NCBI GenBank assembly: GCA_040767085.1
Contig: JAXGPF010000004.1
Location: 96,001-160,000 of the forward strand
Direction: 5' to 3'
Length of the DNA stretch: 64,000 bases
Source of the DNA: Kiritimatiellia bacterium
GTDB taxonomy: Bacteria > Verrucomicrobiota > Kiritimatiellia > JAAZAB01
This document shows positions 49,745 to 60,090 of the stretch, piece by piece. The notes under the pieces were generated by a model. The model was given only the letters and a program-made list of their open reading frames with translations, made no database searches and had not been told where the DNA came from. Every line of letters begins with the position of its first letter. The stretch's first letter is position 1. The position numbers were made by a program, and so were the translations under genes.

Positions 49745-51130
49745 TGTCGTAAACAAATGACTTGGCCGCATAATTAACAAATGATTTGTCCGCTTAAAGC
49801 TGTCAGGATGGTGCATTCAAAGGGGGGTTATATGGATGAATATCCGAAGGCAGCACTGGAGCGGGCAATGAAGGTACAGGAAGTGATCTTGCGTGCGATT
49901 GAAGGGCGGTTAATGTGGTGGGAGGCGGCGGAGATACTAGGTGTGAGCTACCGGACCATGCGGCGCTGGAAAGGGCGCTACGAGCGGTATGGTTACGACG
50001 GGCTGCTGGATCGTCGGCGGAAGATACCGGGGCCGCGGCGCGTGCCCCTTGCGACGGTGAAGCAGGTGCTGAGGTTGTACCGAGAAGAATACATGGATTT
50101 CAATGTGAGGCATTTTCACGAGAAGCTGCAGGCGGAGCATGGGATCGAGCTCAGTTATCAGTGGGTCAAGAGCGCCTTGCAGACGGCCGGGTTGGTGGCG
50201 AAGGCCCGGAAACGAGGGCCGCATCGGCAGCAGCGGGAACGGCGACCAATGGCGGGGATGATGTTGATGGTGGATGGCAGCACCCATGCCTGGTTGCCCC
50301 TGCTGGCGGGCCAGAAGCAGGATCTGATCCTGGTGATGGACGATGCCACCAGCGAAGTCTACACGGCCTATCTTGTGCCCCAGGAAGGGACATTAACGGT
50401 GATGAAGGGGTTGAAAGAAGTCATTATTAAACATGGGGTTTTCTGCAGTCTGTACACGGATCGTGGCAGTCATTTCTTTTATACGCCCAAAGAAGGCGGG
50501 GCGGTGGACCGGCGTCAATTGACGCAAATTGGACGGGCGTTGCAACAGTTGGGGATCGAACATATTCCGAGCTATAGCCCCCAGGGACGTGGGCGAATAG
50601 AGCGGATGTTTAAGACCTGGCAAGGGCGCCTGCCGCAGGAATTAAGGCAGGCGGGAATCCGGACGATGGCCGAGGCCAACGTCTATATTCAACAACAGTT
50701 TCTGCCTTCCTTCAATCGCAACATGAAGGTGAAGGCGCGGGAAACAGGAACGTGTTTCGTGCCTTGCGGTGAGCAGGATTTGGACAGCATTTTCTGTGTG
50801 CAGCATGCGCGAGAGGTTCAAAATGACAATACCGTGGCTGTCGGGAGTCGCCGCTTGCAGATTGGACCATCAAAATGGCGTTTCAGCTTCGCCAAGTGCC
50901 GGGTTAAAGTCTGCGAGCACCTCGATGGCACGGTGTCCATCCGTTATGGCCCGCATGTGGTTGGCCGCTACCAAGGACCGTTGAACATTTCGGCGTCGCT
51001 GGAGGACGTCGCATAAACTTTTTCCTCCCCCGCGGGGGAGGAAAATCCTCACCCCAGGAGCAACAACACACAATAACAAATCGGACAGATCACTTGTTAC
51101 AAAAAGCGGACACTTGACTTGTTACGAACA
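49745..51130 (+). mobile_element. IS1202-family element, copy 2, 1386 bp
   Basis: Same length and protein as copy 1; own 16-bp direct repeat TGCCTATGCCGGTTTG at 49729-49744 and 51131-51146. Confidence 0.88.
49781..51016 (+). CDS. HTH + rve DDE transposase
   Basis: Translation identical to 43740..44975. Confidence 0.92.
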   Translation: MICPLKAVRMVHSKGGYMDEYPKAALERAMKVQEVILRAIEGRLMWWEAAEILGVSYRTMRRWKGRYERYGYDGLLDRRRKIPGPRRVPLATVKQVLRLYREEYMDFNVRHFHEKLQAEHGIELSYQWVKSALQTAGLVAKARKRGPHRQQRERRPMAGMMLMVDGSTHAWLPLLAGQKQDLILVMDDATSEVYTAYLVPQEGTLTVMKGLKEVIIKHGVFCSLYTDRGSHFFYTPKEGGAVDRRQLTQIGRALQQLGIEHIPSYSPQGRGRIERMFKTWQGRLPQELRQAGIRTMAEANVYIQQQFLPSFNRNMKVKARETGTCFVPCGEQDLDSIFCVQHAREVQNDNTVAVGSRRLQIGPSKWRFSFAKCRVKVCEHLDGTVSIRYGPHVVGRYQGPLNISASLEDVA

Positions 51131-51286
51131 TGCCTATGCCGGTTTGGACTTCCCCAAAAAATCACTGTCATCCCATAGGGTTAATCTGTCACCTAAAAAT
51201 GACAATATTCTTTATGAAAACTGGAGTTTTTGTGCGCATGCAAGCGCCCCCTAGGCACGGCCGCCAAAGTGTGTTAAGCTGCCGGC

Positions 51287-51781
51287 ATGCAGACCAAACC
51301 ATACGCAGACAGACAGGGCTGGGCGCGGCGGACAGCAGCGCTGGGCGGCTGGCTGATCCTGACATATTCAGCGACGCTGACAGGGATGCTGATCCAGGCT
51401 GACGGTTGGTACGCGGCATTAAACAAGCCGGCATGGCATCCGCCCGGCTGGGTGTTCGGGCCGGTATGGACGCTGTTATACGGCATGATGGCAGTGGCGG
51501 CATGGCTGGTCTGGCAACACGGCGGTTGGCGCGCGCAACGCGTTCCACTGGGATTGTATCTGCTGCAATGGCTGTTAAATGCCGCATGGACACCACTGTT
51601 TTTCGGCCTGCATCGTCCGGACCTGGCTTTCGCCGCGATTCTTGCGTTACTGGTGGCCATCGCGGCAACCTTGACCGCCTTTGTGCGCGCCAGGCCGGCA
51701 GCCGGACTCCTGCTTGCGCCCTACGCGCTTTGGGTTGCCTTTGCCGCCATGCTCAATTTTGCCATCTGGCAATTGAATTGA
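51287..51781 (+). CDS. tspO: TspO/MBR tryptophan-rich sensory protein
   Basis: WYAALNKPAWHPPGWVFGPVWTLLY and LNAAWTPLFF motifs. Confidence 0.93.
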   Translation: MQTKPYADRQGWARRTAALGGWLILTYSATLTGMLIQADGWYAALNKPAWHPPGWVFGPVWTLLYGMMAVAAWLVWQHGGWRAQRVPLGLYLLQWLLNAAWTPLFFGLHRPDLAFAAILALLVAIAATLTAFVRARPAAGLLLAPYALWVAFAAMLNFAIWQLN

Positions 51782-51874
51782 AGCTCGCAATTGATGGTAA
51801 AAATATGGGTGATATATAAAGGCGAGTGTCAAATGGCAATTTCATGCCGGCGAACTTGCTCAAATGGCTCTCAT

Positions 51875-51947
51875 AAACGCCCCAAAACGCCCCGCTAAAC
51901 GCCCCAAAACACCCCAAAACGCCCCAAAACGCCCCGCTAAACGCCCC
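51875..51947. repeat. 10/12-bp tandem repeat AAACGCCCC(A/GCT)
   Basis: Seven consecutive units visible. Confidence 0.8.
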
Positions 51948-52117
51948 AGGATGGGGCATTTCCTGTTAATCTCCCCAAGCATTTGCCGCAACCTGAATGC
52001 ACAATCTGCAGGGTCAATCGCACAAGAGACGGCCCCCAAAAAAACACCCGCTTGACTTTTGCGGGCGTGATGTCACATACTTAGAAACATGCTCAAGCTG
52101 TAGGAGTTCTGTCCCAA

Positions 52118-52378
52118 ATGACGATCCAGGAGTTCATAGCGAAGTGGCGCAAGGTGGAACTGAAAGAACGGTCTGCCGCTCAAACCCATTTCATTGACCT
52201 TTGCAGAGTTTTTAACCATCCCGACCCCGTTGCCGGTGACCCGACCGGCGAGAGCTATTGCTTCGAGAAGGGCGCGGTAAAAGCTGGGAGCGCGGGCGTC
52301 CCGCCCGCACAGGGTTTCGCCGACGTCTGGAAGCGTGGCTTCTGGGGGTGGGAATACAAGGGCCGGCACAAAGCCTGA
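52118..52378 (+). pseudogene. N-terminal remnant of an MmeI-like (type IIL/IIG) restriction-modification enzyme
   Basis: EFIAKW...ERSAAQTHFIDLC...YCFEKG...FADVWKRG..WEYKG, then stops at 86 aa; family members are much longer. Confidence 0.75.
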
Positions 52379-52692
52379 TTTTCAGGACAGTTTACGGTGT
52401 TTTTTAGAAATCCATATCACCACAGCCACCTCCACAAAACGGCCTAAAAAACATCGAATTTCCTGGGAAATGTGACACTTAAAATTGGTAACTGTCTTAA
52501 CGGCAACCCGCTTTTGGGAGCTTTTGGGTTTAGTCTGATTTGAAAGGTGATTTATATGGGGTTTTACAACACACCCCCGCCCGCATGCGCGACCGGCGAT
52601 TGATCGGCAAAAAATGTGTGTGGCGTTGTGTGTGTTGCGTGCCATCATATTTCAGCATGTTTCACAAAATCACACGACACACATGGAAAAGC

Positions 52693-52729
52693 AAAAAACC
52701 CCCGAATTCCTTAAGGAATCCGAGGGTTT
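52693..52729 (-). terminator. Intrinsic terminator after tRNA-fMet
   Basis: CCCTCGGATTCC-TTAA-GGAATTCGGGGG followed by a T6 run on the minus strand. Confidence 0.75.
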
Positions 52730-52741
52730 ATTGCTGAAAAT

Positions 52742-53069
<328 letters not shown>

Positions 53070-53151
53070 TGCAAATACTTATTCAAACATACAAAATGCC
53101 GCATTTAATGCAAGAATATTTTGAAAGAAAAAAGCTCAGAAAAAATCCAGC

Positions 53152-53862
53152 TCAGAAAAAATCCAGCGGGCCGGCGGCGGCGCGCGATGCGGCGGCGCGC
53201 TCAATCGCCTGGATTAGCCGGCATGCCAGACTGGTTTTACGCAGGCGGGGCCAGTCCGCGCGCCGGCCGTCCGCGGCCAGCAGCGTCACCTGGTTGTCCG
53301 CGGCATCGAAGCCAATGTCGGGGCGGGAAACGTCGTTGGCCAGAATCAGATCCAGACCCTTACGCCGGAGTTTCTTCCGCGCGCCGGCCAGCAAGTTCTC
53401 CGTTTCCGCGGCGAATCCGATAAACAAGCGGCGGCCTTTGCGGCGGCGGACGCGCAACAGGATATCGGCGGTGGGACGCAAAACCAGGTTCAACGCCCCG
53501 GCGTGTTTTTTAATTTTGCGACGCACCGGCCGCGCCGGCCGCCAATCGGCCACGGCGGCGGCCATGACCAGCACGTCGCACCATGCCACGTGCCGCTGCA
53601 CGGCGTCCAGCATTTCCTGCGCTGTGTTCACCCGCGCCAGGCGGATGCCGGCCGGCGGGTTCAACGCCACGGGGCCGGAAACCAGGACTACGGCGTGGCC
53701 GCGGCGCGCCGCGGCGCGGGCGATGGCATAGCCCATCCGGCCGCTGGAGCGGTTGCTGAGATAGCGCACGGGATCCACCGGCTCCCGGGTCGGCCCGGCG
53801 GTCACGAGGAACTTCAGCCGCGGCGGGTGCCGGGCTGGCGGCGGCTTGGTTTGCACGGACAT
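53152..53862 (-). CDS. coaB: Phosphopantothenate--cysteine ligase
   Basis: VTAGPTREPVDPVRYLSNRSSGRMG, AAAVADW and GFAAET motifs. Confidence 0.92.
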   Translation of the reverse strand: MSVQTKPPPARHPPRLKFLVTAGPTREPVDPVRYLSNRSSGRMGYAIARAAARRGHAVVLVSGPVALNPPAGIRLARVNTAQEMLDAVQRHVAWCDVLVMAAAVADWRPARPVRRKIKKHAGALNLVLRPTADILLRVRRRKGRRLFIGFAAETENLLAGARKKLRRKGLDLILANDVSRPDIGFDAADNQVTLLAADGRRADWPRLRKTSLACRLIQAIERAAASRAAAGPLDFF

Positions 53863-53875
53863 GTTCCAGCGCCTT

Positions 53876-54421
53876 TCAGACAATTAATCGCTGCAGCGCG
53901 GTGAAAATCTCGGCGGGCTCGGCCATGCGGCCTTGCCCCGCAACGCCGCAGGCCAGGTCGCCGGCGCCCGGCCCGACGATGGCCGCGCCGCGCGTTTTCA
54001 ATATGGCCGCGTTCGCCGCCGTGGCCGGATGCTGCCACATGGCGGAATTCATAGCCGGCGCCAGCAGCAGCGGCGCCGGGCAGGCCAGTGCGACGGCCGT
54101 GAGGGCGTCGTCCGCCAGGCCGTGCGCCAGCTTGGCCATGACGTTGGCAGTGCAGGGGGCGATCGCCATGGCGGCGGCATGTTCGGACCACGCAAGGTGC
54201 GCCGGGGCCCAGGTGGCTGGAGGAGCGAACATGTCGGTTAAAACCGGATGGCGGGAAATGGTGCGAAAAGTCAGTTCGCCGACGAATTTACCGGCGGACG
54301 CCGTCATTACCACCCGCACGGCATAGCCCGCCTTGACGATCAAACGCGCCAGTTCCGCGGCCTTGTAGGCGGCGATCGAACCGGTCACACCCAGAATCAC
54401 TACCTTGTTTTGCTTGCTCAT
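53876..54421 (-). CDS. coaC: Phosphopantothenoylcysteine decarboxylase
   Basis: GVTGSIAAYK, APCTAN and APAMN motifs. Confidence 0.92.
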   Translation of the reverse strand: MSKQNKVVILGVTGSIAAYKAAELARLIVKAGYAVRVVMTASAGKFVGELTFRTISRHPVLTDMFAPPATWAPAHLAWSEHAAAMAIAPCTANVMAKLAHGLADDALTAVALACPAPLLLAPAMNSAMWQHPATAANAAILKTRGAAIVGPGAGDLACGVAGQGRMAEPAEIFTALQRLIV

Positions 54422-54457
54422 ACAATCTCCCTCCAGGCAACCGATGGCTGGACGCCG

Positions 54458-55093
54458 TTAGATACCCCGGCCCGCCGCCGCCGGCCGCCGCTGTTCGGCC
54501 TGCACAATACCGCGCAGCTCGTAATAAGCGCGTTCCAGGTCGTCATTCATCACGGCATATTGATATTCGTTCCGCGCCTGCATTTCGCGCCCGGCATTGT
54601 CCAGCCGGCGCGCGATTACCGCCGGAGCATCCTGCCCGCGCGCTTCCAGACGCCGGCGTAATTCCTCCATGCTCGGCGGCAGAATGAAAACATCCACATA
54701 CGAGCGCGCCAGCAGCGAATCGGCTTCGCGGCGGAGCAGGCGGCGGATGCGGCCGGCGCCCTGCACATCGATATCCATCAGAATGTCGCGCCCGGCGCGG
54801 AGCGCCGTTTCCACGGGGCGGCGCGGCGTGCCGTAAGCGTAGCCATGCACCTCGGCCTCTTCCAGCAATGCGCCTTGCGCGGAGCGCCGCCGGAACTCCT
54901 CCGGCGTCAGAAAAAAATAATCGCGGCCGTCCGTTTCACCGGGCCGGGGCGGGCGGGTGGTGCAGGAAACAGAGTAATCCATGGACGGAAACTCCTGGAG
55001 CAACCGCCGGCAGAGCGTGGTTTTGCCGGCGCCGGACGGCGCTGAAATCACCAGCAGCAGCGGCCGGGAGAAGGATGTGGGAGTCGTCTTCAT
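54458..55093 (-). CDS. gmk: Guanylate kinase
   Basis: SAPSGAGKTT, SCTTRPPRPGE and DIDVQGA motifs. Confidence 0.95.
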   Translation of the reverse strand: MKTTPTSFSRPLLLVISAPSGAGKTTLCRRLLQEFPSMDYSVSCTTRPPRPGETDGRDYFFLTPEEFRRRSAQGALLEEAEVHGYAYGTPRRPVETALRAGRDILMDIDVQGAGRIRRLLRREADSLLARSYVDVFILPPSMEELRRRLEARGQDAPAVIARRLDNAGREMQARNEYQYAVMNDDLERAYYELRGIVQAEQRRPAAAGRGI

Positions 55094-55971
55094 TCCAGGT
55101 TTTGCGCCTGCTCGCGCACCCGCTCCAGTTCGGTTTTAGCCTGGACCGCCAGGCGGGCGCTGGCGGCATCGCCCACCTTGGCGCCGGCGGTATTGATTTC
55201 GCGGAACATTTCCTGCAGCAGAAAATCCAGGGTGCGGCCCACCGGTTTGCGCGCGCGCAGACAATGCTCCGCCTGCTGCAAGTGGCTGCGCAGGCGGGTC
55301 AATTCCTCGGCGATGTCGCTCCGCATGACGGCAGCGGCAATCTCGCGCTCCAGCCGGCTGGAGGTCAGCGCCGCGCCATCCGGCGCCCAGGCCCGGATTT
55401 TCCCGCGCAAGTGCCGCCGGGCCCGGGCCGCCGCGCGGGGCGCCAAACGCTCGAGGCGTCCGACGGCCTGGGAAATTTTGCGCAACCGGGCCGCCAGGTC
55501 CGCCGCCAGGGCGCGGCCTTCCACCAGGCGCATGCGGTCCAGTTCCGACAACGCCTGCCGGACGGCGCGGCGGATGGCAGACTGGAGGATGTCCGGCGGA
55601 AGCTTATCCGGCGCGGCGGCCCAGAGGCCGGGAATGGCCAGCAGATGCGAGGCCCGCAAATCATCCGCCAGGCGCAGACGCCGGGCCAGCCGGCGGGCCT
55701 GGGCCACGACGGCGGCGGCGGCCGGCTCGTCCAGCACGGCGCTGGCGGGCGGCTGGCCGCGGCCGGCGGCAGCGAAGATCCGGCACAGCACCGCGCCCCG
55801 GCTGATGCGGGAGCGCACCAGGCGGCGCAGATCATGCTCCATGAAGCCCAGTCCCGGCGGCAGGTCCAGGCGGATATCCGTCTGGCGGTGGTTCACCGCC
55901 GAAATTTCCACGCTGATCGTGAAGGGGCCGGCCGGCGTCTGTCCCTTGCCATATCCGGTCATGCTTTTCAT
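55090..55971 (-). CDS. yicC: YicC/YloC-family endoribonuclease
   Basis: MKSMTGYG, DIAEELTRL, GRTLDFLLQEMFREINT and REQAQNLE motifs. Confidence 0.92.
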   Translation of the reverse strand: MKSMTGYGKGQTPAGPFTISVEISAVNHRQTDIRLDLPPGLGFMEHDLRRLVRSRISRGAVLCRIFAAAGRGQPPASAVLDEPAAAAVVAQARRLARRLRLADDLRASHLLAIPGLWAAAPDKLPPDILQSAIRRAVRQALSELDRMRLVEGRALAADLAARLRKISQAVGRLERLAPRAAARARRHLRGKIRAWAPDGAALTSSRLEREIAAAVMRSDIAEELTRLRSHLQQAEHCLRARKPVGRTLDFLLQEMFREINTAGAKVGDAASARLAVQAKTELERVREQAQNLE

Positions 55972-57281
55972 GAGACGGCCTCCGCCCGGTCCAGTTCCAG
56001 GGAGGCCCGGTAAATATTATCGAACAATTCCGCCAGCCGGCCGCAGGGCGCGGCGGAAAATGCCAGCCGCACCACGCCATTCATGACGATCACGCCGGTG
56101 GAATAGTCGGCGATCAATTTTTGCCGCAACTGCTCCGGGTCAACCCGCCGCATTTGCAGGCACATGAAATACCCGGAATTGAAAGGCAATGGGGTGAATT
56201 GTCCGGCATATTCGGGATGCGCCGCCAGGATCCGCCGCACTTCCCGGTAACGCTCCCGCAGCAATTCGTACTTGGCCTGCTTGGCGGCGGCGTAGTCCGG
56301 CTCGGCATAGGCCTTGGCCAGCAAACTCTGCGCCAGTTGCGAGCAATTGGAAATCGAGCCCCGGATGGCACCGGCGGTTTTGGCTTCCAGGGCCTGGTAC
56401 AATTCCGGCGCGGCCCGGGCGATGCCGTAGGTGAGAAAGCCCACGCGGAATCCCCAGACGTAATCTTCCTTGGTAGGGCCGTCCAGCTTCACCGCCAGCA
56501 GGTTGGGATGCAGGCCGCAGAGCATGGCAAACAGCGACTCGCGCAGGATGCCTTCCTCGAACACCAATCCGAAATAGGCATCGTCCACCAGCACCACTAT
56601 TTTCAATCCGCGCTCGGCCGCTTCCAGCAGTGCGTCGCGCAACTGGCCCGCTTCCGCGAGCGTGGGGGTATAACCGGACGGATTATTAGGGAAATTCAGC
56701 AACACGATCAGCCGCCCCGCCCGGTGTTGGCGCAGCTTTTCCGCAAATCCTGCGACATTGAATCCGCCGCCCGCGAACGCCGGGTAGGTTTTCAGGCGGG
56801 CGTCCCAGGTCAAATTGAAGATCAGTTCGTAATTCTCCCAGTACAGGTCAGGCAGCAGCACCGTATCGCCGGGGTCGCAGAAAAGGCAGCCGCAGAGATG
56901 CAAGCCATGCGTCAGCGCGCTGGTGACCACCGGCAGGCTGAAGGACTGGCCGGCGAGGGAGGGATTTTTATGCGCCAGCATCTCCCGCCAGATCTGCCGC
57001 AGGACCGGCTGGCCGAACGAGGGCGCGTAAGAAACCAGGCTGCTCACGGGCAGGCGCACCTGCGAGGCGATGCATGGCAGGGACATGGGCGCGCCGTCCT
57101 CCTCCAGCGCCGTGCCGATGGTGGCGTTGATCTCGCGGCCTTGGGCCTCGGCGGACTGGGCCAGGATGCCCTGCCGGGGAAAATAAATCTCGCGGCCGCG
57201 CCGGGAAAGCATTTCCATGACAGCGGCGCCGGAAGCCTCGATCGTTGCGTTTAATTGTTCAGCCTGCGGGTTCAACCCCAT
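55968..57281 (-). CDS. Class I/II PLP aminotransferase
   Basis: NFPNNPSG, DDAY and GPTKEDYVWGFRVG motifs. Confidence 0.9.
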   Translation of the reverse strand: MGLNPQAEQLNATIEASGAAVMEMLSRRGREIYFPRQGILAQSAEAQGREINATIGTALEEDGAPMSLPCIASQVRLPVSSLVSYAPSFGQPVLRQIWREMLAHKNPSLAGQSFSLPVVTSALTHGLHLCGCLFCDPGDTVLLPDLYWENYELIFNLTWDARLKTYPAFAGGGFNVAGFAEKLRQHRAGRLIVLLNFPNNPSGYTPTLAEAGQLRDALLEAAERGLKIVVLVDDAYFGLVFEEGILRESLFAMLCGLHPNLLAVKLDGPTKEDYVWGFRVGFLTYGIARAAPELYQALEAKTAGAIRGSISNCSQLAQSLLAKAYAEPDYAAAKQAKYELLRERYREVRRILAAHPEYAGQFTPLPFNSGYFMCLQMRRVDPEQLRQKLIADYSTGVIVMNGVVRLAFSAAPCGRLAELFDNIYRASLELDRAEAVS

Positions 57282-57387
57282 AAAAAACCTCCAGCGGCGT
57301 TAAAATGATTGCATACCGATAAAATATAGTATTTAATTATCCATCCTAACTCAATCAATAATATTTCCGCGGACGTCCCGCAATAGG

Positions 57388-59559
57388 ATGTCACCCATGA
57401 CAAATGCACCTTCCCCCACCCCAGCCGCCGCCGGCTTGGAGGAAAAATTCCTGAATCTGCTGGCCGACCCCGCCGCCTCCGCGGCGGCGCTGGCCGAGGT
57501 TTTACAAGCCCTGGCCGGCGCCGCCGGACCGGCCAAGGCCGATGCCAGCGCCGAGTTATGGCAGGGAGAATTGGCCTCCCGCCGGCAGACCGATGACCTG
57601 CTGGACCTGCTGCGCCTGCGGGCGGGGTGGCGGGACGACGGCCATTTCAAACGCGCTGCCGGCCCCTGGCTGGAAGATTATTTCCGCACCGACACCCGAG
57701 AGCTGACGCTGACCCGCAATGCCGGCTGGAACGATCCCGGCGTCTCGGCCGTTGAAGCGCTCCGGCGCCTGGCAGTGCTGCGCGGACTGCATCCCGGCGC
57801 CGCTTGCTACGAGAAGACCTGGGGCGCCGGGCGTATCCGCGAAATCAATGAATACCACCAGCAGGTTGAGATCGATTTTGAGCGCAAGCCAGGCCACCGC
57901 CTCGCGCTGGCCCACGCCGGCGCCAATCTCATGCTGCTGCCGCCGGAAAACATTCTGGCGCTGCGCCAGGCTGATCCGGCGGAGGCGCGGCGGCGGATGG
58001 AGGAATCCCCGGGAGCCGTCGCCCGGGAAGTCCTGCTGACTTTCGGGCCGTTTACTCCCGTCCGCCTGCAGGAGTGGATGACGGCGCACCTGCTTTCGGA
58101 AGCCGCCTGGAAAAAATTCTGGGATGCCGCCCGTAAAAATCTCAAGGAAGACCCGCTGGTCACCCTGCCGGCGCGCCGGAACGAGCCGATTGTCATCCAC
58201 GACCGCGAGCAGACCGCCGACCCGCAATGGCAGGCGGACTTCCGCCGCGAAAACGATCCCGATAAAATCCTGCAGACGGCGGATGAAATCCGCGCCCGCC
58301 CGGGGCCGCTGCCGCCGAATGTGCAAAACCTGCTCGCGGAGCGGCTGGGCTTTGTCCTGTGCTCCGCCGGCAAGCGCGAACAGGCCCGGCGCGCGCGCGC
58401 CTGGCTGGCGCTGGAGGAGATGGAAGCCGCGCCGCCAGGCGCGGACCTGGCAGCCGCGGCGGCGGAGTTGCTGGCCCCGGAAGCCTTCGCCGCGGCCCTG
58501 GCCGCACTGCCCGTCCGCAGCCAGGCGCCGTTCTGCCGCTGCCTGCTCCGCCGGCAGCCGGAATTGTTCGGGCAGATTCTGCCGGAAATACTGCGCGCGG
58601 CGGACGCCGGCGCCTTACATGAAATCTGGCGCGCCCTGGCAGACGCAGGCGCACAAGAGCACGCGGCGGAGCTGCTGCGCGAATTGCTGCAGGCGCCGGA
58701 GCCCCCCTTGGAACTGGTCGCCTGGCTGTGCCGCAATGCGGCCATCCGCGACCAATTCAACCTGGCCGCGCCTGACCGGCTGGCCTTCATGGTCCTGAAC
58801 CTGCTCGAAAACCCGGCCATGGAAGGCGTGGGCCGCACGCGCGCCCGCAACCAACTGCGCGACTCCCTCTCCGACCCGGACTGGCTGGCCGCGGCGCTGC
58901 AGACGATGGGGGAGCAGCAGCGCCGCGATTTTGCGCTGCGCCTGCAAACCGCCAACCTGGGCTCCGACATCAACAACGCCGCGCTCCTGCTGCTGGCCGT
59001 CAAGCTGCGGCCGGAATTGGAGCAGGCGCTGCAGGGAGCCGCCCCGGCGCCGGCCGCGCCGGCGCGCCTGACTTCCCGGCATTCCTACCACGCGCGGCAG
59101 GCGCAACTGCACAAATTGATTACGGAGGAAATCCCCGCCAACAGCCGCGAAATCGGCGTCGCCCGCGGCTACGGCGACCTCCGGGAAAATTTCGAATACA
59201 AAGCGGCCAAGGATACCCAGGGGTTGCTGATGCGCCGGCGGATGGAATGGGAGCAAATGCTGGCGGAGGTCCGCGCCACCGATTTCGCCAATTTCCCGAC
59301 TGATCGCGCCGGGCCCGGCGCCTGCGTGACGCTGCGCTACGACGATGGCCGCGAAGAAAAATACCATATCCTGGGCGAATGGGACCATGACGAACAATTG
59401 GCCATCATCTCCAACCGCTCCCGCCTGGCGGAAATTCTGCGGGGCCGGCGCGCGGGGGAACGGGTGGAAGTCCCGGATGGCAGCGGCCAAATGCGCGGCG
59501 CCCTGGTTTCGGATGTCGGCGGCTTGAGCGAAGCCGTGCGCGCCTGGATCAATGCCTAA
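57388..59559 (+). CDS. greA: Long GreA-type transcription elongation factor with N-terminal extension
   Basis: C-terminal ARGYGDLRENFEYKAAK and YHILGEWD motifs; 723 aa, as in chlamydial/PVC long GreA. Confidence 0.85.
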   Translation: MSPMTNAPSPTPAAAGLEEKFLNLLADPAASAAALAEVLQALAGAAGPAKADASAELWQGELASRRQTDDLLDLLRLRAGWRDDGHFKRAAGPWLEDYFRTDTRELTLTRNAGWNDPGVSAVEALRRLAVLRGLHPGAACYEKTWGAGRIREINEYHQQVEIDFERKPGHRLALAHAGANLMLLPPENILALRQADPAEARRRMEESPGAVAREVLLTFGPFTPVRLQEWMTAHLLSEAAWKKFWDAARKNLKEDPLVTLPARRNEPIVIHDREQTADPQWQADFRRENDPDKILQTADEIRARPGPLPPNVQNLLAERLGFVLCSAGKREQARRARAWLALEEMEAAPPGADLAAAAAELLAPEAFAAALAALPVRSQAPFCRCLLRRQPELFGQILPEILRAADAGALHEIWRALADAGAQEHAAELLRELLQAPEPPLELVAWLCRNAAIRDQFNLAAPDRLAFMVLNLLENPAMEGVGRTRARNQLRDSLSDPDWLAAALQTMGEQQRRDFALRLQTANLGSDINNAALLLLAVKLRPELEQALQGAAPAPAAPARLTSRHSYHARQAQLHKLITEEIPANSREIGVARGYGDLRENFEYKAAKDTQGLLMRRRMEWEQMLAEVRATDFANFPTDRAGPGACVTLRYDDGREEKYHILGEWDHDEQLAIISNRSRLAEILRGRRAGERVEVPDGSGQMRGALVSDVGGLSEAVRAWINA

Positions 59560-59660
59560 TAATATCCCGCGGGACACAGCCATACTGGTTTCGCGCCGGT
59601 CTCCCCAAAATCAATCTGCGCCGCGGCGTGGGGGCGTGGGGTCGGACCGTAGGGGGCGTG

Positions 59661-60090
59661 GGGTCGGACCGCGGCAAGATGTTATTTGACAGGTGGATAG
59701 CCCGATATTATGGCAAAAAAACACTCTTAGCGGTGTTTTTTGGCGGGCTTTTTGTGTTATAAGCACTTATATTCGTATCATGCCAAGAAAAATCGGTATT
59801 TCTTGTGTGGTCATTTATGGCACTTGACCCATAGATGTCACAACCGTGTTTTTTTTGCTGAAATTCGGCAAGGACCGTGGTGGCCAAAAAATTATGAACC
59901 GGCGGAAATTGGCGATAGAGCAAGAGCCGATTGCTGGTGAATCGGAAGCGTATATGCTGAGGGAGCAGCCCATTGGCTATGGGAATACTTAATGCTTATT
60001 TTGGTAATGAAAAAACGGCGCTAAGGGCCTTAAAAGCAGCTTAAATATCTTTAAAGCATTGGTGTTTAGCATATTGCCGAGGTCCGACCC
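59661..60090 (+). mobile_element. Internally deleted RAYT/Y1 (HUH) transposase-like element with 21-bp inverted termini
   Basis: GGGTCGGACCGCGGCAAGATG (59661-59681) vs CATATTGCCGAGGTCCGACCC (60070-60090), 19/21 match; encloses transposase remnants. Confidence 0.7.
59780..59990 (+). pseudogene. Frameshifted RAYT-like transposase remnant (N- and C-terminal pieces only)
   Basis: MPRK/NRYFLCGHLWHLTHRCHNR/FLLKFGKDR across two homopolymer frameshifts, then AYMLREQPIGYG; no HUH motif left. Confidence 0.62.

Noticed and set aside
43704-51130. Composite transposon carrying gspF-murA-tkt
   Set aside because: Each IS copy has its own distinct 16-bp duplication, so they are independent insertions into core DNA.
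40802-52068. Shared TTGACTTTTGCGGGCG at about 40802 and 52053
   Set aside because: Both begin with a -35 hexamer in front of unrelated genes; not enough evidence for a common element.
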